Numbered from the stretch's first letter, positions 13,238 through 26,766 are shown. The stretch is DNA of 64,000 nucleotides from Eledone cirrhosa (GCA_964016885.1 OZ024741.1:87482001-87546000), one strand, 5' to 3'. Notes: generated from the sequence alone by a model not told the origin. Made by a program: numbers and translations.

Positions 13238-15526
13238 TTTTCTGGTTTTATAATTTTATAAATGTTTACCAATAGAGAGATATAGTCGGTTTCTAACATA
13301 GACACATGTCTGCATGCATGCATGTGTGTGCAGGTATTGATGTTATTGTATGTGTGGATGTAGATGTTTTGAGTTATATGTGTGCAAGTGCATATATTTT
13401 GAATTTGTACATGTGTACATGCAGTTATTAGATGCAGAATTTTTGGAATGTTTTACATATTTTTTACTGTTCCGTTAATGCATTGTACTTGTAATTTTCT
13501 AACTAGTTGTGTTCTTTCTGGTCTGTGAAGCCCAGCTTCTCAAGATTTGTACTGAGGCAGTTACTAACATATCCCAGTGCCCCAATAATCACTGATATAA
13601 ATCTGAAGGTATAGTCAAGGTGGAGTATCTGTAGATTTCTCATTAGTTCTGCATAGATATTCTCTTTTTCGCTAATCTTTAATATTATATTGGCATCTGC
13701 TGGGCAGCTAACTTCCACTACTGTGCATGCCTTATTTTTCCTGTCCCATATCATTATACCGGGTCTGTTATGCTAGCAGTTTATTCTTTCGTATTATGTA
13801 TGTCTTCCACATTGCTGTAACTTTTAATATGTTTATTGTCGGGGCTATCTTTTCTACGGATTCCATAGTATAGTGTTTTGGCCACTACACCATGCCTCAG
13901 AGGTAGATAGTACCGTGATGCCATCTTTGGACTGTTAATTCTGCAGAGTTTGCACTTGTTGTCACATCTTGGTGTTTTGCCTGCATCCCTATCTATTTTG
14001 TGAATCAGGTAATGATTTCCTGTTCTTGGATTGCAAAAGCATATCCTTCAAAGTGGAAGCCAATATAGCAGTTGTTGGTCTAAGATTTACTACTTTGTTT
14101 GTCTATATTACTCTCACTTTGGAACTTCCAGGCAACATATCCATGCAGACAGATTTGCTCAATAGATGGGGTCCTACGCTTCGAGGTTCGTAAATGTTGT
14201 CGGAGGAATATGATGTAACACTCAAATGCTGTTTGGACTGATGTTAGGCCTCTGCCTCCCTGCTTACGCTTCAAGTAGAGGCGGTCTATGTCACTGTTGA
14301 TGTGGAGGTTTCCGGTGTTGTTTAGGATTTCGGGGGTTTTAACATCAACTGCTCGGATTTCGTCTATCGTCTAATCGAGTATTCCAAACGTTGGTGTTAG
14401 CACAGGCACAGCAAACACATTGTGAGCCACTGTTTTATTGTGTGCAGAGAGTTCCGATGACCATATTTTTCATAATCGGGTATAATATTCCCTGGTTACG
14501 CGTTCCTTGTTACAGATACCATTATAGGATATATTCTCATCTATCCCCAGGTATCTGTAGCAGTCCTCGTCAGACATTGGTGAAACAGTTAGGCCATTGA
14601 TAAAAATGTTGCTAGATTTGGTTGTAGCTTTTCCCCGCTTTACAATCATATATGAACATTTATCTTAGCCAAATTCCATTCCTCTATCCTCTGAGAACGT
14701 TGCAACCTGGTGAGGATTTTTCTTCATCCCATTTATGTTCTTGGCATAGAGTTTTAGGTCATCCACAAAGAAATTATGGGTTAAGTTCGTATTTCTGTCC
14801 TCCTGTGAGCCAATGATGTATGGCTCATGATGTATTTCTTGAGCAGAAAGTACAAGTGGTGTTTAATGACAGGATAAATAGTAGCACAGAGAGACTGTCT
14901 CCTTGAAATATACTCCTGTGATATTCTATTTTATCAGTGAAAATAGAGTCCTCCTCTGTTATTAACTTTAGGATAGTAACACAAGAAGAAAGGTTCTCTA
15001 TGGTTCTGATAATAGTGTCTGGGACTTTAGCAAGGCGGGAGTCTCCATCATCCAAGAGTTGGGAACAGAATCAAATGCTTTCCTGTGGTCCAGCCAGGCT
15101 GTAGCCATATTCCTCTAATTTGTCGCACCTCCGACATCGCGGTTTTTTAATTAAGAGTTGTTCAGCACACCCAAGCATCTTTCTTCCCAGCTGCTTGTTC
15201 ATCTGTGATGATGCCACTACTGTCGCAGTGATCTTGGAGAAATAGGTTCAGACGGGCGGTATACATTTTATATATGAGATTATGGCATGTCGACAGTTTT
15301 TTGCCAAGTGGGTGTCTTTGTTCTTGGGGACCAATACTGTTTGTACTAATGTCGACCATTCTGATATATGTGTATCTCCCTTGAGAACTTGCTGGTAGAG
15401 GTCGACAAGATATATACAATACATTATCAGTTTTTTGCATCAGTAGTCGACAATCAAGTCTCTTTCTTGTGTTTTCTCATCTTGGAGTTTTCCTATGACT
15501 GTCTCAAAGATATCTCTCATTTATTT
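13238..15526 (-). mobile_element. R4/Dong-like RT-RLE non-LTR retrotransposon, family A, 5'-truncated and degenerate
   Basis: Fragments SIFQGDSLSVLLF, KRKQGGRGL and TVVEVSCP...KISEKENIY; collinear with 16657-19190. The 5' junction abuts (TATG)n at 15527. Confidence 0.9.
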
Positions 15527-16045
15527 TATGTATGTATGTATGTATGTATGTATGTATGTATGTATGTATGTATGTATGTATGTATGTATGTATGTATGTA
15601 TGTATGTATGTATGTATGTATCTACACCTGTTAGCAACAACACTCAGCCGCCATCATTGCTGCCATCAACAGGCACTACCATCATCAACTAGAACAAACA
15701 TCACCATAACCCACGAGCACCACTACCAACCATCACCATCATCATCAAGTACAGCCAACCGTCGCCATCATCAACAACTGCAGCCAACCATCACCGCCAT
15801 CAATACCACTAACTACTAGACGCCAACTCCATCACTGCCATCAACCACTACACCCGGCCGCCACCACTGCCGCTGCTAACGACGAGACACCATGTATTGA
15901 GTCCGTAATTGGAATATTGTCATTTGATTGTATGTGTGTAGGCATCCATATGTATATGTATGTATGTATGTGCATGTGTATGTATGTGTGTAGACAGGCA
16001 TCTATGTCTGTGTGTATGTATATGTATAGGTATATATATGTCTAT

Positions 16046-16642
16046 GTTGGTGCTACTGGTAACATGCATCCCAGTACAACCTGTCCCATGGTCGGGTCGT
16101 TGGCGACTAAACTGGCAACCCCACCAAGGTTTCTTGGTGAGGACGGTGACTTTGGACATCCTGCAGGACTAAAAACAAAACCTGTCAAAGGGCAAAGGAG
16201 CTCTTAAGAGTCAATGGCCATCCAAAATCACTGGGAGAGATGACCCCTTAGCCTTTGTCAAGGCAGAATTCTAGGAGAAGGAAAACTCTGATATAACACC
16301 TGCAACCCTGATGGTATCCAATGATGTTGACTTGTTCTTCTTTTGGGTAAATATCATCTTGGTTAAGAGAGTGGGACTGGCTTCGTGCAGTGCCTTTGCT
16401 CACTATAAAAGCTTCACGGCACAGGCATTGCTTTATATCTGGAGATCTCTCTGCACTTGTCGTCACATGGTACCATGGGCCCAGCACTATGTGTCAGTAA
16501 TTGTCACAAGTGTAGTGTTTGTACCAGAGTTTTCAAGTCGCTGGCTGGACTAAAAAGTCACACTCGTTCAGCGCATCGGTAAGGGTTCTCCTACATGGAT
16601 ATAAAGTAGTGGCCCTACTCGAAAACGAGTTGGCAGCCACCA
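16046..16642 (+). mobile_element. Non-autonomous RTE-like element (5'-UTR-like head plus RTE-type 3' tail), ~600 bp
   Basis: Near-identical inverted copy at 27662-28270. ctaggagaaggaaaactctgat resembles RTE 5' UTRs and tactcgaaaacgagttggcagccacc+(TATG)n resembles RTE 3' ends (recalled motifs). No coding capacity. Confidence 0.65.
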
Positions 16643-16656
16643 TGTGTGTATGTATG

Positions 16657-19600
16657 TTCTTCTGGTTTTATAATTTCACCAAGTTTTACCAATAGAGAGA
16701 GAGTCGGTTTCTAACATAGACACAAGACTCTCTCATTGGAATTTACACAACATCAACTAGGTAGATAATGTATGCATGCATGTGTAGATATAGATGTTAT
16801 TGTATATGTGGATGTGTATGTTTTGAGTTGTATGTGTGCATGTGTATATGCTTTGCATCTGTACATGTGTATATGCAGTTATTAGATGCAAAATGTTTGG
16901 AATATTTTACATATTTTTACTGTTCCATTAATGGATTGTACTTGTAATTTCCTAACTAGTTGTGTTCTTTCTGTTCCTGTGAAGCCTAGCTTCTCAAGAT
17001 TTGTATTGAGGCAGTTACAGACATACCCCAGTGCCCCAATAATCACAGGCATAAATCTGAAGGTGTAATCAGGGTGGAGTATCTGCAGATTTCTCATCAG
17101 TTCTGTATAAATATTCTCCTTTTCGCTAATCTTTGATATTATATTGGCATCTGCTGGGCAGCTAATTTCCACTACTGTGCATGCATTCTTCTCCCTGTCC
17201 CATATAATAATATCTGGTCTATTATGCCTGTATTTTATTGGGGTTTTTATTGGAACATTCCACCAGTACTCTTTCATATTATGTAGATGGATGTCTTCCA
17301 CATTGCTGTAGCTTTTAATGTGTTTATTATCGGAGCTATCTTTTTTACGAACTGCATTGTACAGTGTTTTGGCCACTACATCATGCCTCATAGGTAGATA
17401 GTACCGCAATGACATCTTTGGACAGCTGCTGAGGACATGGGTGATATCCTCGATGTTAGTTCTGCAGAGTCTGCACTTGTTATCACATCTAGGTGTTTTT
17501 GTGAATCAGGTATTTTGTGTTAAACTCCTGTTCTTGGATTGCAAAAGCGTATCCTTCAAAGGGGGAGCCAATATAGCGGTTGTTGGTCCAAGATAGACTA
17601 CTTTCCTTATTTATATTACTCTCACTCTGGAGCTTCCTGGCAGCATATCCATGCATGATGTTTTGCTGATAAGCTTGCAGTTTCATCCATAGATTCACTG
17701 CGATACTGCTGAGCGACTTCCATGGGTGTGAGTTTTTGATTATCACACAGGGAATATCTCTGGAGGAGTTCCTTCCCAACTCTCATGATCTTATCTGTTT
17801 CATGCAGATAGACTTGCTCGAGAAACGGGCTGCTACGCTTCGAGGTTCGTAGATGTTGTCGGAGAGATATGATACGACATTCAAATGTTGTCTGGACTGA
17901 TGTTAGGCCTCTGCTTCTCTGCTTACGTTTCAAGTAATGGCGGTCTATGTCACTGTTGATGTGGAAGTTTCCGGTGTTGTTTAGTATTTTTCGAGTTCCA
18001 ACATCAACTGCTCGGATTTCGTCTATCGTCCAATTGAGTATTCCAAACGTTGGTGTTAGGACAGGCACAGCAAACACATTATGAGCCACTGTTTTGTTTT
18101 GCGCAGAGAGTTCCGATGACCAAATATTTCTCAATCGGGTGTAGTATTCCCTGGTTACGCGTTCTTTATTACAGATACCATTATAGGATATGTTCTCATC
18201 TATCCCCAGGTATCTGTAGCAGTCCTCATCAGATATTGGTGAAAGAGTTAGGCCATTGACGACAATGTTGCAAGATTGGGTTGTTGTTTTTCCCCCACTT
18301 TACAGTCATGTATGAGCATTTATCTTGGCCAAACTCCATTCCTATATCATTTGAGAACGTTGTAACCAGGTGAAGATTTTTTCTTCATCCCATCCATGTT
18401 CTTGGCATAGAGTTTCGGATCGTCCACAAAGAAATTATGGGTTAGGTTCGTATTTCTGTCCTCCTGTGAGCCAATGATGTATCCCTCATATTTCTTGAGC
18501 AGAAAGGACAAGAGGCTTAATGACAAGATGAATAATATCACAGAGAGACTGTCCCCCTGAAATATACCCCTGCAATATTTTATTTTATCAGTGAAAATAG
18601 AGTCCTCCTTCTCTGTCTTTAACCTTAGGATAGTAGCCCAAGAAGGAGATAGCCTCTCTATGGCTCTGACAATAATGTCTGGGACTTTAGCAAGTTGGAG
18701 GGCCTCTATCATCCAAGAGTGGGGAACAGAATCGAAAGCTTTCCTGTAGTCCAGCCAGACTGTAGCCATATTCCTCCTATGTTGTCGCACCTCCGACAAA
18801 GCAGTTTTGTTGATTAGGAGTTGTTCAGCACATCCCCAAACCCCTTTCTTTCCAGCTGCTTGTTTATCTGTGATGATGTTATTATTTTCACAGTGATCTT
18901 GGAGGAATAGGTTCAGGCAGGCTGTATACATGTTATACATCAGGTTCTGGCATGCAATGGGTCGGTAGATTTTTGCCAAGTGGGTGTCTTTGTTCTTGGG
19001 GACCAGTAATGTGTGTGCTAATGTCAACCATTCTGGTATAAGTGTATCTCCCTTAAGAACTTGTTGGTAGAGGTCAGTAAGATACCTCCGATAGAATATC
19101 AGCTTTTTGTACCAATAGCCGACAATCATGTCTCTTCCTGGTGTTTTCTTATCTTGGAGTTTTCCTATAACAGTCTCAAGGGTACCCTCACTTATTTCGT
19201 ATGTTTTTGTCGTAGTGTAGTAACACTAGTTCTTTCGGATTTCTCTTAACCACACTGCATCTTGGTTGAAATTGTTTTTTTTTTTACCCCATATTTTGCT
19301 CCAAAAGGAATCTATGTTTTCTGGGATGGGGCCTCAGTGACACTTATTATTTTTCCCTTCATATCCCTATAGACTGATGTTTGGTTTCGTCTGAATCTTT
19401 TATTAAGCACTTTTCTCTCATCTACCTTCTCAATTCTTGTTTGAGGGTGATCAGCTTATATTGGAGAGTCTGGTTCTACTGTTACCAAACATCGTCTCTA
19501 TTTTATTTTTCACTTTTTGTTGGTGAGGAGTGAAGTGTTTTTATGTTTGTTTGCATGTAAGGAGCATTGTCACATATCCTATGTTTTTTCGTAGGTCAGC

Positions 19601-20724
19601 AATCTTTTTTTCTATTTTAGTTATATATGATAGTATTTTTTGTGGTGTTTTGTTCTTGTTAATATCTCTGCTATCACCAAGATAATGCTTCACTGTCGTT
19701 GCTAAGGCATATAAACAGGCGTTGATTTGCCAAAATGTTGGGGTTTTTATCCGTCGTAAATATTCACCCCCTATTTCGTCAACAACACGTAATATTTCAT
19801 TATTTGGTTTTTTATTAAACATTGTCGTTTTAATACGTTCAGCAAGAGAGATATTTATAGATGAATTAATTTCTCTCTGGAATATTTCATTGAAGGAAAT
19901 TTTCAATTGTTTATACTTTTGATTATTATCATTATCGATAGTATTTTCCACAAAAAGTCGAGGTAGACTTGAATGGTACACGTGGTGTCAAATTTCTTCG
20001 ATTATTATTATTATCGATAGTGTTTTCCCCAGCATTCGAGGTAGACTTAGATGGTACAGGTGGTGTCAAGTTTCTTACAGGCATAGTTGTTTCAAGGCAT
20101 TGTTCGACCTGGCTGCTAGGAAGTCTAGTAGCATGGCGACCTGTAGCACGTGTTGTTGATAACATGTTTATTGTGGGGGACTTACAATTAATAATATTTA
20201 TCTTATTTTTACGTTCAACAAACGTCGCTTGTTGGCGTAATTGTTTCGCTGTGAAATAATTTAGCTCTGGGTGCATTTCGTCCCAGTGTAGCTTCTTTCT
20301 GTTCATATAGCCAATGGAGGGATTGTTTTTTGCCATTTTATAACAATTAAAAAAATCATTATTAAGTTCGCAACTCCAAGAGAAATGCGATTTAAAATTT
20401 CGGTTTCTTCTGTAGCTACAACTGAATAAAGTTTGTTTACCTTTCTTGTTGTTTGTCTTCGGTACTTCCTTAATTTAGTTGTTGGTGTTGTGTTCAGCCA
20501 TGCTGTTTGTAGCAAATCCTTGTAAAATGAATTATGTATTTAGTCGGATATCTCTACGAATTCGAATAAAAGGTGTCTTCAAAAGATATAGTTAGAAGAA
20601 TAACCAGTTATTCAACATGACTGTAGTTGAGTTGTGGCATTACTGTCGGAGATAGTATTCATCTTAAATTTAATAAATAATCTCCCACGCCAAAATATGC
20701 GACTGATCACGTTGACTGTATAAT
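16657..20724 (-). mobile_element. R4/Dong-like RT-RLE retrotransposon, family A, near full length (~4.1 kb), frameshifted
   Basis: N-terminal ORFs 19932-20336 and 19541-19981. RT in 18347-19129 (YRPIAC, WLDYRKAFDSVPH, GIFQGDSLS, FFVDD). GGRGL-like region 17622-18134. CCHC, RHD and PD..E RLE motifs in 16882-17415. (CATA)n at both ends. Confidence 0.95.
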
Positions 20725-20821
20725 GTATGTATGTATGTATGTATGTATGTATGTATGTATGTATGTATGTATGTATGTATGTATGTATGAATGTATGTAT
20801 GTATGTATGTATGTGTGTATG

Positions 20822-23019
20822 TAACTCTTTCTCTTAATTTCGAGTACATTTTTGACCGGCTACCTCCCTGGTGGCAAGGTTGTAAAAGAAAAGAAATTGG
20901 CATCCCTTGAATGGCAAGAATGTTTTGCAAATTTTGAAGGTGCTAGCTATCGCAGCCATTTTCAATGTATGAATTAGCCAGCTGCGCCTTTTGTCCACAA
21001 ATCTAAGTTCAGTTATACTTTGGTCCCAGCGGGTTTGCATATAACCTGTGGCTCCAATAATGATGGGTATGAAGCTGAAGGTGTATCTTGAATACTGGAT
21101 CTGCAAACTCCTCATCAATGTCCGTAGATGTCCCCCTTCTCTTGTATTTTTATTACAATGTTGATATCAAATGGGCAGCTGATCTCTACAATAGAGCACG
21201 TTTTCAATGTGTGGTCCCAAACAACAATATCAGGTCGGTTGTGATTTAATCTGGTCATAAACTTGTCGAGACTCCATGCCAGGATTTTTGAATGATTTAT
21301 CCCCTCTATGGTCTCCTTTTTATCCCCTCTATGGTCTCCTTTTTTTCGTCTCAGGTACCCATGCACACCTTTCTCTGTAAATTGGTCCATTTTTTATCCT
21401 GTTCGAACATTCAATAGCATCTTCCAATTTCCCTGGGAGAGAGATTTATATCAGGCTTTATGTCATATCTCTCCTCCGGATCAGTGGCTATTATTTCCTT
21501 CATGCTCATAAACCTGGGCAAGATAGTTGCTGACCTTTTTCTTCTGCTGAAGATTTAATATTCGGGTCTCGTATGATGTTGATATGGAGTTTAGACCCCG
21601 GCCACCTTCCTTGCATGAGAAGAATAGCCTATCCACAACACCTTTGATGTTAAAGTTTCCAGTAACACTGAGAAGTTTGCGAGTTCTTACATCAATCTCA
21701 CTTAGTTCTTGCAAGGACCAGATCAGCAGACCAAATGTTGGCGTTAGGATTGGCACAGTATAAGTATTGTGGGCAATGTATTTGTTGTACGCTGATAGTT
21801 CTGATGACCAAATTTCTTTACTCTCCTGAGGTATTCAGTTCTGGTTCTCTCCTTATTTATGGGTCAATCATATCTGACATTCTCATCCTGCCCAAGATAT
21901 ATGTAGTCGTCACCTGACTGTAGAGGTTATATTGTCAAGCCGTTCATCTCTAGATTTCCAGAGGAGGGCACAGCCCTTCCACGTTTTACTGTCAAATAAG
22001 CACATTTGTACTCACCATTTTCATTCTGATGTCTGCAGAAAATTGTGTAATGAGGTCCAGTTGTTTTTTAATATGGTTGATATTTGCCCCATACAACTTC
22101 AGGTCATCAACAAAAAAAATATGGGAGATACTTCTGGACCCACTTCCATGACCACTTTGTTTTATGAGCAGGTATGATAGTGGGTTTAGTGAGAGGACGA
22201 AAATCAGCACTGATAAGCTATCACCCTGAAAGATGCCTTTCTAGTATTGTATTGCTCCTTCTCACCCCTAAGTATCAAATTGGTGTACCAGTTCATGGTC
22301 AGGCGTTCAACAGCAGCTACTAGTGGTCGTGGGACTTTGGCTAACTGTAAAGCCTTAATAATCCACACATGAGGAACACTATCAAAGCCTTCTGATAGTC
22401 CAGCCACACCATAGTCATGTTCCTGCGATTCTTAGTTGTTTTTTTCTGTATCATTTTATTTGTTAGTAGGTGATCTATGCAGCCCCACACCTCCTTCTTT
22501 CCACCAGCTTGCTCAGGTGTTATGATGTTGTTGGTGGCACAATGGTCCTGTAAGAACAGATTAAGGTACCCAGTGCATAATTTATACATGATGTTCTGGC
22601 AGGCTATTGGGTGGAAATTTTTAGCAAGGGTGGTCTGGCAATTTTTGTGGCAGTAGTTAGTGGCAGTTGATAACCATTGGGGCAATTCTTGTATGCCTTT
22701 GATGGTTTCTCCAAACAGGCGTATGAGATATTGCCGATAGAAGGTGAAATTCTTCAGCCAGTATCCAGTTATGAGGTCTGAGTCTGGGCCTGGTGATTTC
22801 CTATTCAACATTTTCTGTAGAGCTGTTTCCAGTATTGACCCATCTATATCATATTGTTTTTTCTGGGCATGCTGGCAGTATTCCTGTTCCATTTCTTTTA
22901 GCTATTTAGTTTGTTTGCTAAATCCGCCATTCGTTTCCCATACAGATCTCCAGTAGCTCTCAACCTGTTTTTTTTTTTTTTGTAGGGGTGTCATTTACAG
23001 AGATTTAGCTTTTCCCATT
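20822..23019 (-). mobile_element. R4/Dong-like RT-RLE retrotransposon, family B, truncated and internally deleted
   Basis: KSPGPD, FHPIACQN, FDSVPHVW, FFVDDLKLY, KEGGRGL and HNRPDIVVWD...IVEISCPFD in ORFs 20834-22892. Flanked by (TATG)n on both sides. Confidence 0.9.
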
Positions 23020-23454
23020 GATGTATGTATGTATGTATTGGGCGTATGTATGTATGTATGCATGTATGTATTATATGTGTGTGTGTGTGTGTGTGTGCGC
23101 GCGCGCGCATGTGTGTGTGTGTGTGTTTGATGTATGTATGTATGATGTATGTACGTATGTATGGGGAAATATATGTGTTTCCATAAAATGGCTGACTGAA
23201 CACGCACGTGCTTTTTCTCCAACTATTCCATTTCTTTCTCTTCCCACTCTCTCTTCTATGTTTCTATTTCATCTTTTATTTCCCATTGTATATTCTGATG
23301 AAGGATAGCGTCCATAACCTTAAGACACTTTTCTAATTTTATCTAGCGTTAAACTAACATATCCCTATATTGTAATATATCGTTTGCTGTGTTGTTTTCC
23401 GTTTACTTTTTCGCATACCCCTCCCCCCTCTCTATATATATGTGTGTGTGTTTG

Positions 23455-23520
<66 letters not shown>

Positions 23521-23528
<8 letters not shown>

Positions 23529-24253
23529 TAACAGATTAAAGTTTAAGCAAAGAATCGCTGCTTTCACTCTTAACGGGATCTTCTGAAACTAACCAAGTCA
23601 ATCTGTAAACGCAGAAGTGGATATTTCAAAAAACGTTGCAACCGGAGGAAGACAGGAAGACGGTACTTTGGTTCGTGGAAACGTTCGCTGGCAAAGAACG
23701 GGAAAAAACGAATATAATACGTCATTAATAGGGGCGGTGAAAAACAATTACGCGCAAAGACAGAACCACGTTTATGGTATAAAAGAGGTCGTAGACTAAT
23801 TTTCTCTTAGGTGGTTCATAGAGACGTTCTCTGGCAATGAACGAAAAAAAACGAAGATAATACGTCATATGTGGAGCGTGGAGAACAATAGCACGCAAAG
23901 ACAAAACCACGTAAATGGTATAGCAAAAGTCGTAGACTAAAATTCTAACTAGGAGACCGACTGAATCTCCGCTTACAAAGTAAATAAATACAATACAGAA
24001 GTAATAGAAATAAATAAATACATACACGCAAACAAATACGTACATACACAAGCATACGCAAGACACTTACCATAGGTATACAAAACCACGCACATATAAA
24101 TATGTGTGTGTGTGTGTATGGGTGTATACAAATAAATAAATAATTATATAAACGTACATAAATAAATAAATACGTATATAACAAGCACATATTTGATATA
24201 TATTTATCCTTATCGAGCCCTCTTTGGATTTTAGTCTTCAAATTTATTATTAT

Positions 24254-24258
<5 letters not shown>
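23521..24258 (-). mobile_element. Non-coding Penelope-like terminal element with a CAGAAGA hammerhead variant (23541-23589) and an internal ~135-bp duplication
   Basis: Homologous to 6929-7215 and 11920-12096; flanked by (TA)n on both sides. Confidence 0.75.
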
Positions 24259-24285
<27 letters not shown>

Positions 24286-24290
<5 letters not shown>

Positions 24291-24869
24291 ATATTAATAA
24301 ATGGAAACTATATTTATAAAACCATATTTATTTTATTATACATATTTCAAGGGCAACCAAGGCAAATTATGGTGCGCTTTCATCAGAGGAAATACAGATT
24401 TGTTTTATAAATAAATATTGACATACCCGGAAAAAAAAACAACCTTAACGGTTGGAGCTGCCTGAATAGTGGGGATATTACATTTATTGAGGGTAATACA
24501 AAGTTATGAATGAGTATGTAAATGAGTGTCCGAAAGGTTGAAAAGATAACGGTTTATTTAAATTAAACTGTTGGAAGAAGATAAGTAAGGGAGAGAGAAA
24601 AAAAAGAAAAAAAGAAAAAAGAAAGGAGACTCATTTGCATACTCACTCATAACTTTGTATTACCCTCAATAAATGTAATATCTCCACTATCCAGGAAGCT
24701 CCAACCGTTAAGGTTGTTTTTTTTCCGGGTATGTCAATATTTATTTATAAAACAAATCTGTATTTTATCTGATGAAAGCGGACCATAATTTGCCTTGGTT
24801 GCCCTTGAAATATGTATAATAAAATAAATATGGTTTTATAAATATAGTTTCCATTTATTAATATATTGT
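24286..24869. mobile_element. Inverted pair of Penelope-like terminal repeats, each arm carrying a hammerhead
   Basis: Arms 24286-24531 and 24625-24869 are diverged reverse complements with a ~93-bp spacer. Same family as ~3330-3590 and ~44500-44780. Confidence 0.85.
24761..24826 (+). ncRNA. Type I minimal hammerhead (mirror copy on - at ~24329-24394)
   Basis: tattttat-CTGATGA-aagcggacca...tggttgccctt-GAAA-tatgta-TA-ataaaata. Confidence 0.75.
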
Positions 24870-24941
24870 GTATTTACTCCACTAACTTGTTGAGTGGTTT
24901 ATATCAGTTATAAAAATGTTATAAAAATTAAATATAACCTC

Positions 24942-25024
<83 letters not shown>

Positions 25025-25327
25025 ATATATATAGAGAGAGAGAGATTTAAAAGAGTCGTGTTGCAGCAGATGTACACACTTTATTTGCATATTAAAATTG
25101 TTTCGATATCAATCAGCTCAGGGTCCACTTAATGTGATGGGGCCCCAGCTCTTTTTCGACATCTCGTCAGATATGCGAGCTTATATCTGCAAAGGCATTT
25201 TAAAATCTATTTACACTCTGTCCACTACAGCCGTGACACTGGAGTGCAACCCAAACGAAACGGACCTGGTAACAGCATCGAGTGCCTCGAACGGCGCGCC
25301 GCTTGTAACTGTTGTTACACATCTAAG

Positions 25328-25360
<33 letters not shown>

Positions 25361-25361
25361 A

Positions 25362-25444
<83 letters not shown>

Positions 25445-25809
25445 GAGAGAGCTAAATATTACTAGAATTCTATAAGGATCCAGCTTCTATAAATCTCGGC
25501 AGAAGCAAGGAAGGATAAGTGTTTCAAACTTTATTTTATCATGAGTTAAAGGTCTATAGATTTTCCCTGGATTTTACTAAATTCTGTGGATGAATTTATA
25601 TCCTGATTCTCTTTTGAGATAAGTTTGAGTTATTTTTCCTAAATCTTTCGTTAACTACTTTTCCCATCTTGACGTTATAGTCGCATATATGTTATAGAAT
25701 GCCGTTAGCTTCTTGCTAAAACAATCTCTATACCTCTCATTTATATATATATATATATATATTTCTACCCCTGTGGGTCATATTAAAAACGTTACCTTAC
25801 TCACGAATG

Positions 25810-26100
25810 ACCATAGTTTTGCACCTAGAAAGTTCCCCTCCGAGGCACAAGCATGGGCAAGGTGTCTTTGTGGAAGATCAGTAGTTGCTCATGCATACCA
25901 GTCTCCCCTCTCCAGCGATGTTGTCCACGGGAAAGGCAATGGCGAATAAAGCTTAGTACCAGTGACGTCGCGATTCATTTCTACAGCTGAGTGAACTGGA
26001 GCAACGTGAAATAAAATGTTTTGCTCAGGAACACAACGCACTGCCCGCTCCGGGATTCGAATTTATAATCTTACGATTGTTAGCTCCACGCTCTAACCTC
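25810..26100 (-). mobile_element. tRNA-derived SINE, second family
   Basis: Minus-strand head ggttagagcg...gaattcgaatcccgg (A/B-box-like), then a CORE-like tgtgttcctgagcaaaacattttatttcacgttgctccagttcactcagctgtag. Confidence 0.75.
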
Positions 26101-26103
26101 AAA

Positions 26104-26168
<65 letters not shown>

Positions 26169-26369
26169 AGCAAGCTTTAAGCAGAGGTGGATGGAAAGAG
26201 AAGTGAACTCTCATCTCTGAATGAAAATGTATGTGAAGTAAACTGGAACCATATGATTCCACTTCCTCGGAGGACTAACAACTCACCCAAGTGCTGGACA
26301 TATCGATGTATTGACAGAGTGAAACACACTTCAACAACATGCGTACCTGTCTTTTCCACACCAATTCGG

Positions 26370-26424
26370 ACTGCCTGAAGAGGTGACAGCCAATAATAGC
26401 TGTCACCGAAATATATATAGCAGT
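26370..26424 (+). ncRNA. Intact type I minimal hammerhead ribozyme within a ~435-bp (TA)n-flanked element (26167-26601)
   Basis: actgc-CTGAAGA(26375-26381)-ggtgacagc caataata gctgtcacc-GAAA-tatata-TA-gcagt. Perfect 5-bp stem I and 9-bp stem II; self-complementary stem III. Confidence 0.9.
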
Positions 26425-26596
26425 AAATTTATAATTTATAATAAACGAAGCCAAATTTTACATATTTGACTTACTTATTTTATTTTACTCTGGAGTAATC
26501 AAACCAACCTGCGTACTTCGTCGAGTGCTCCAATCTGCATACTGAGGTGTCGGTAAACAATCAACTAAAAATAAATTTTAAAAAATAAAAAAAATA

Positions 26597-26658
<62 letters not shown>

Positions 26659-26732
26659 CAACAAACCAAACGATGCATTACTATGTAGATATATATTAGT
26701 TTAACGATTGATATAGTAGAAAAACTGTGTTA

Positions 26733-26766
<34 letters not shown>

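Noticed and set aside
15620-15890. His/Thr/Pro-rich ORF 15532-15819 (similar sequence at 40640-41130)
   Set aside because: Degenerate (CCA/CAT)n low-complexity sequence with no splice or homology support.
23293-23326. ttCTGATGAaggatagcgtcc hammerhead-like start
   Set aside because: GAAA box absent; at best a decayed relic.
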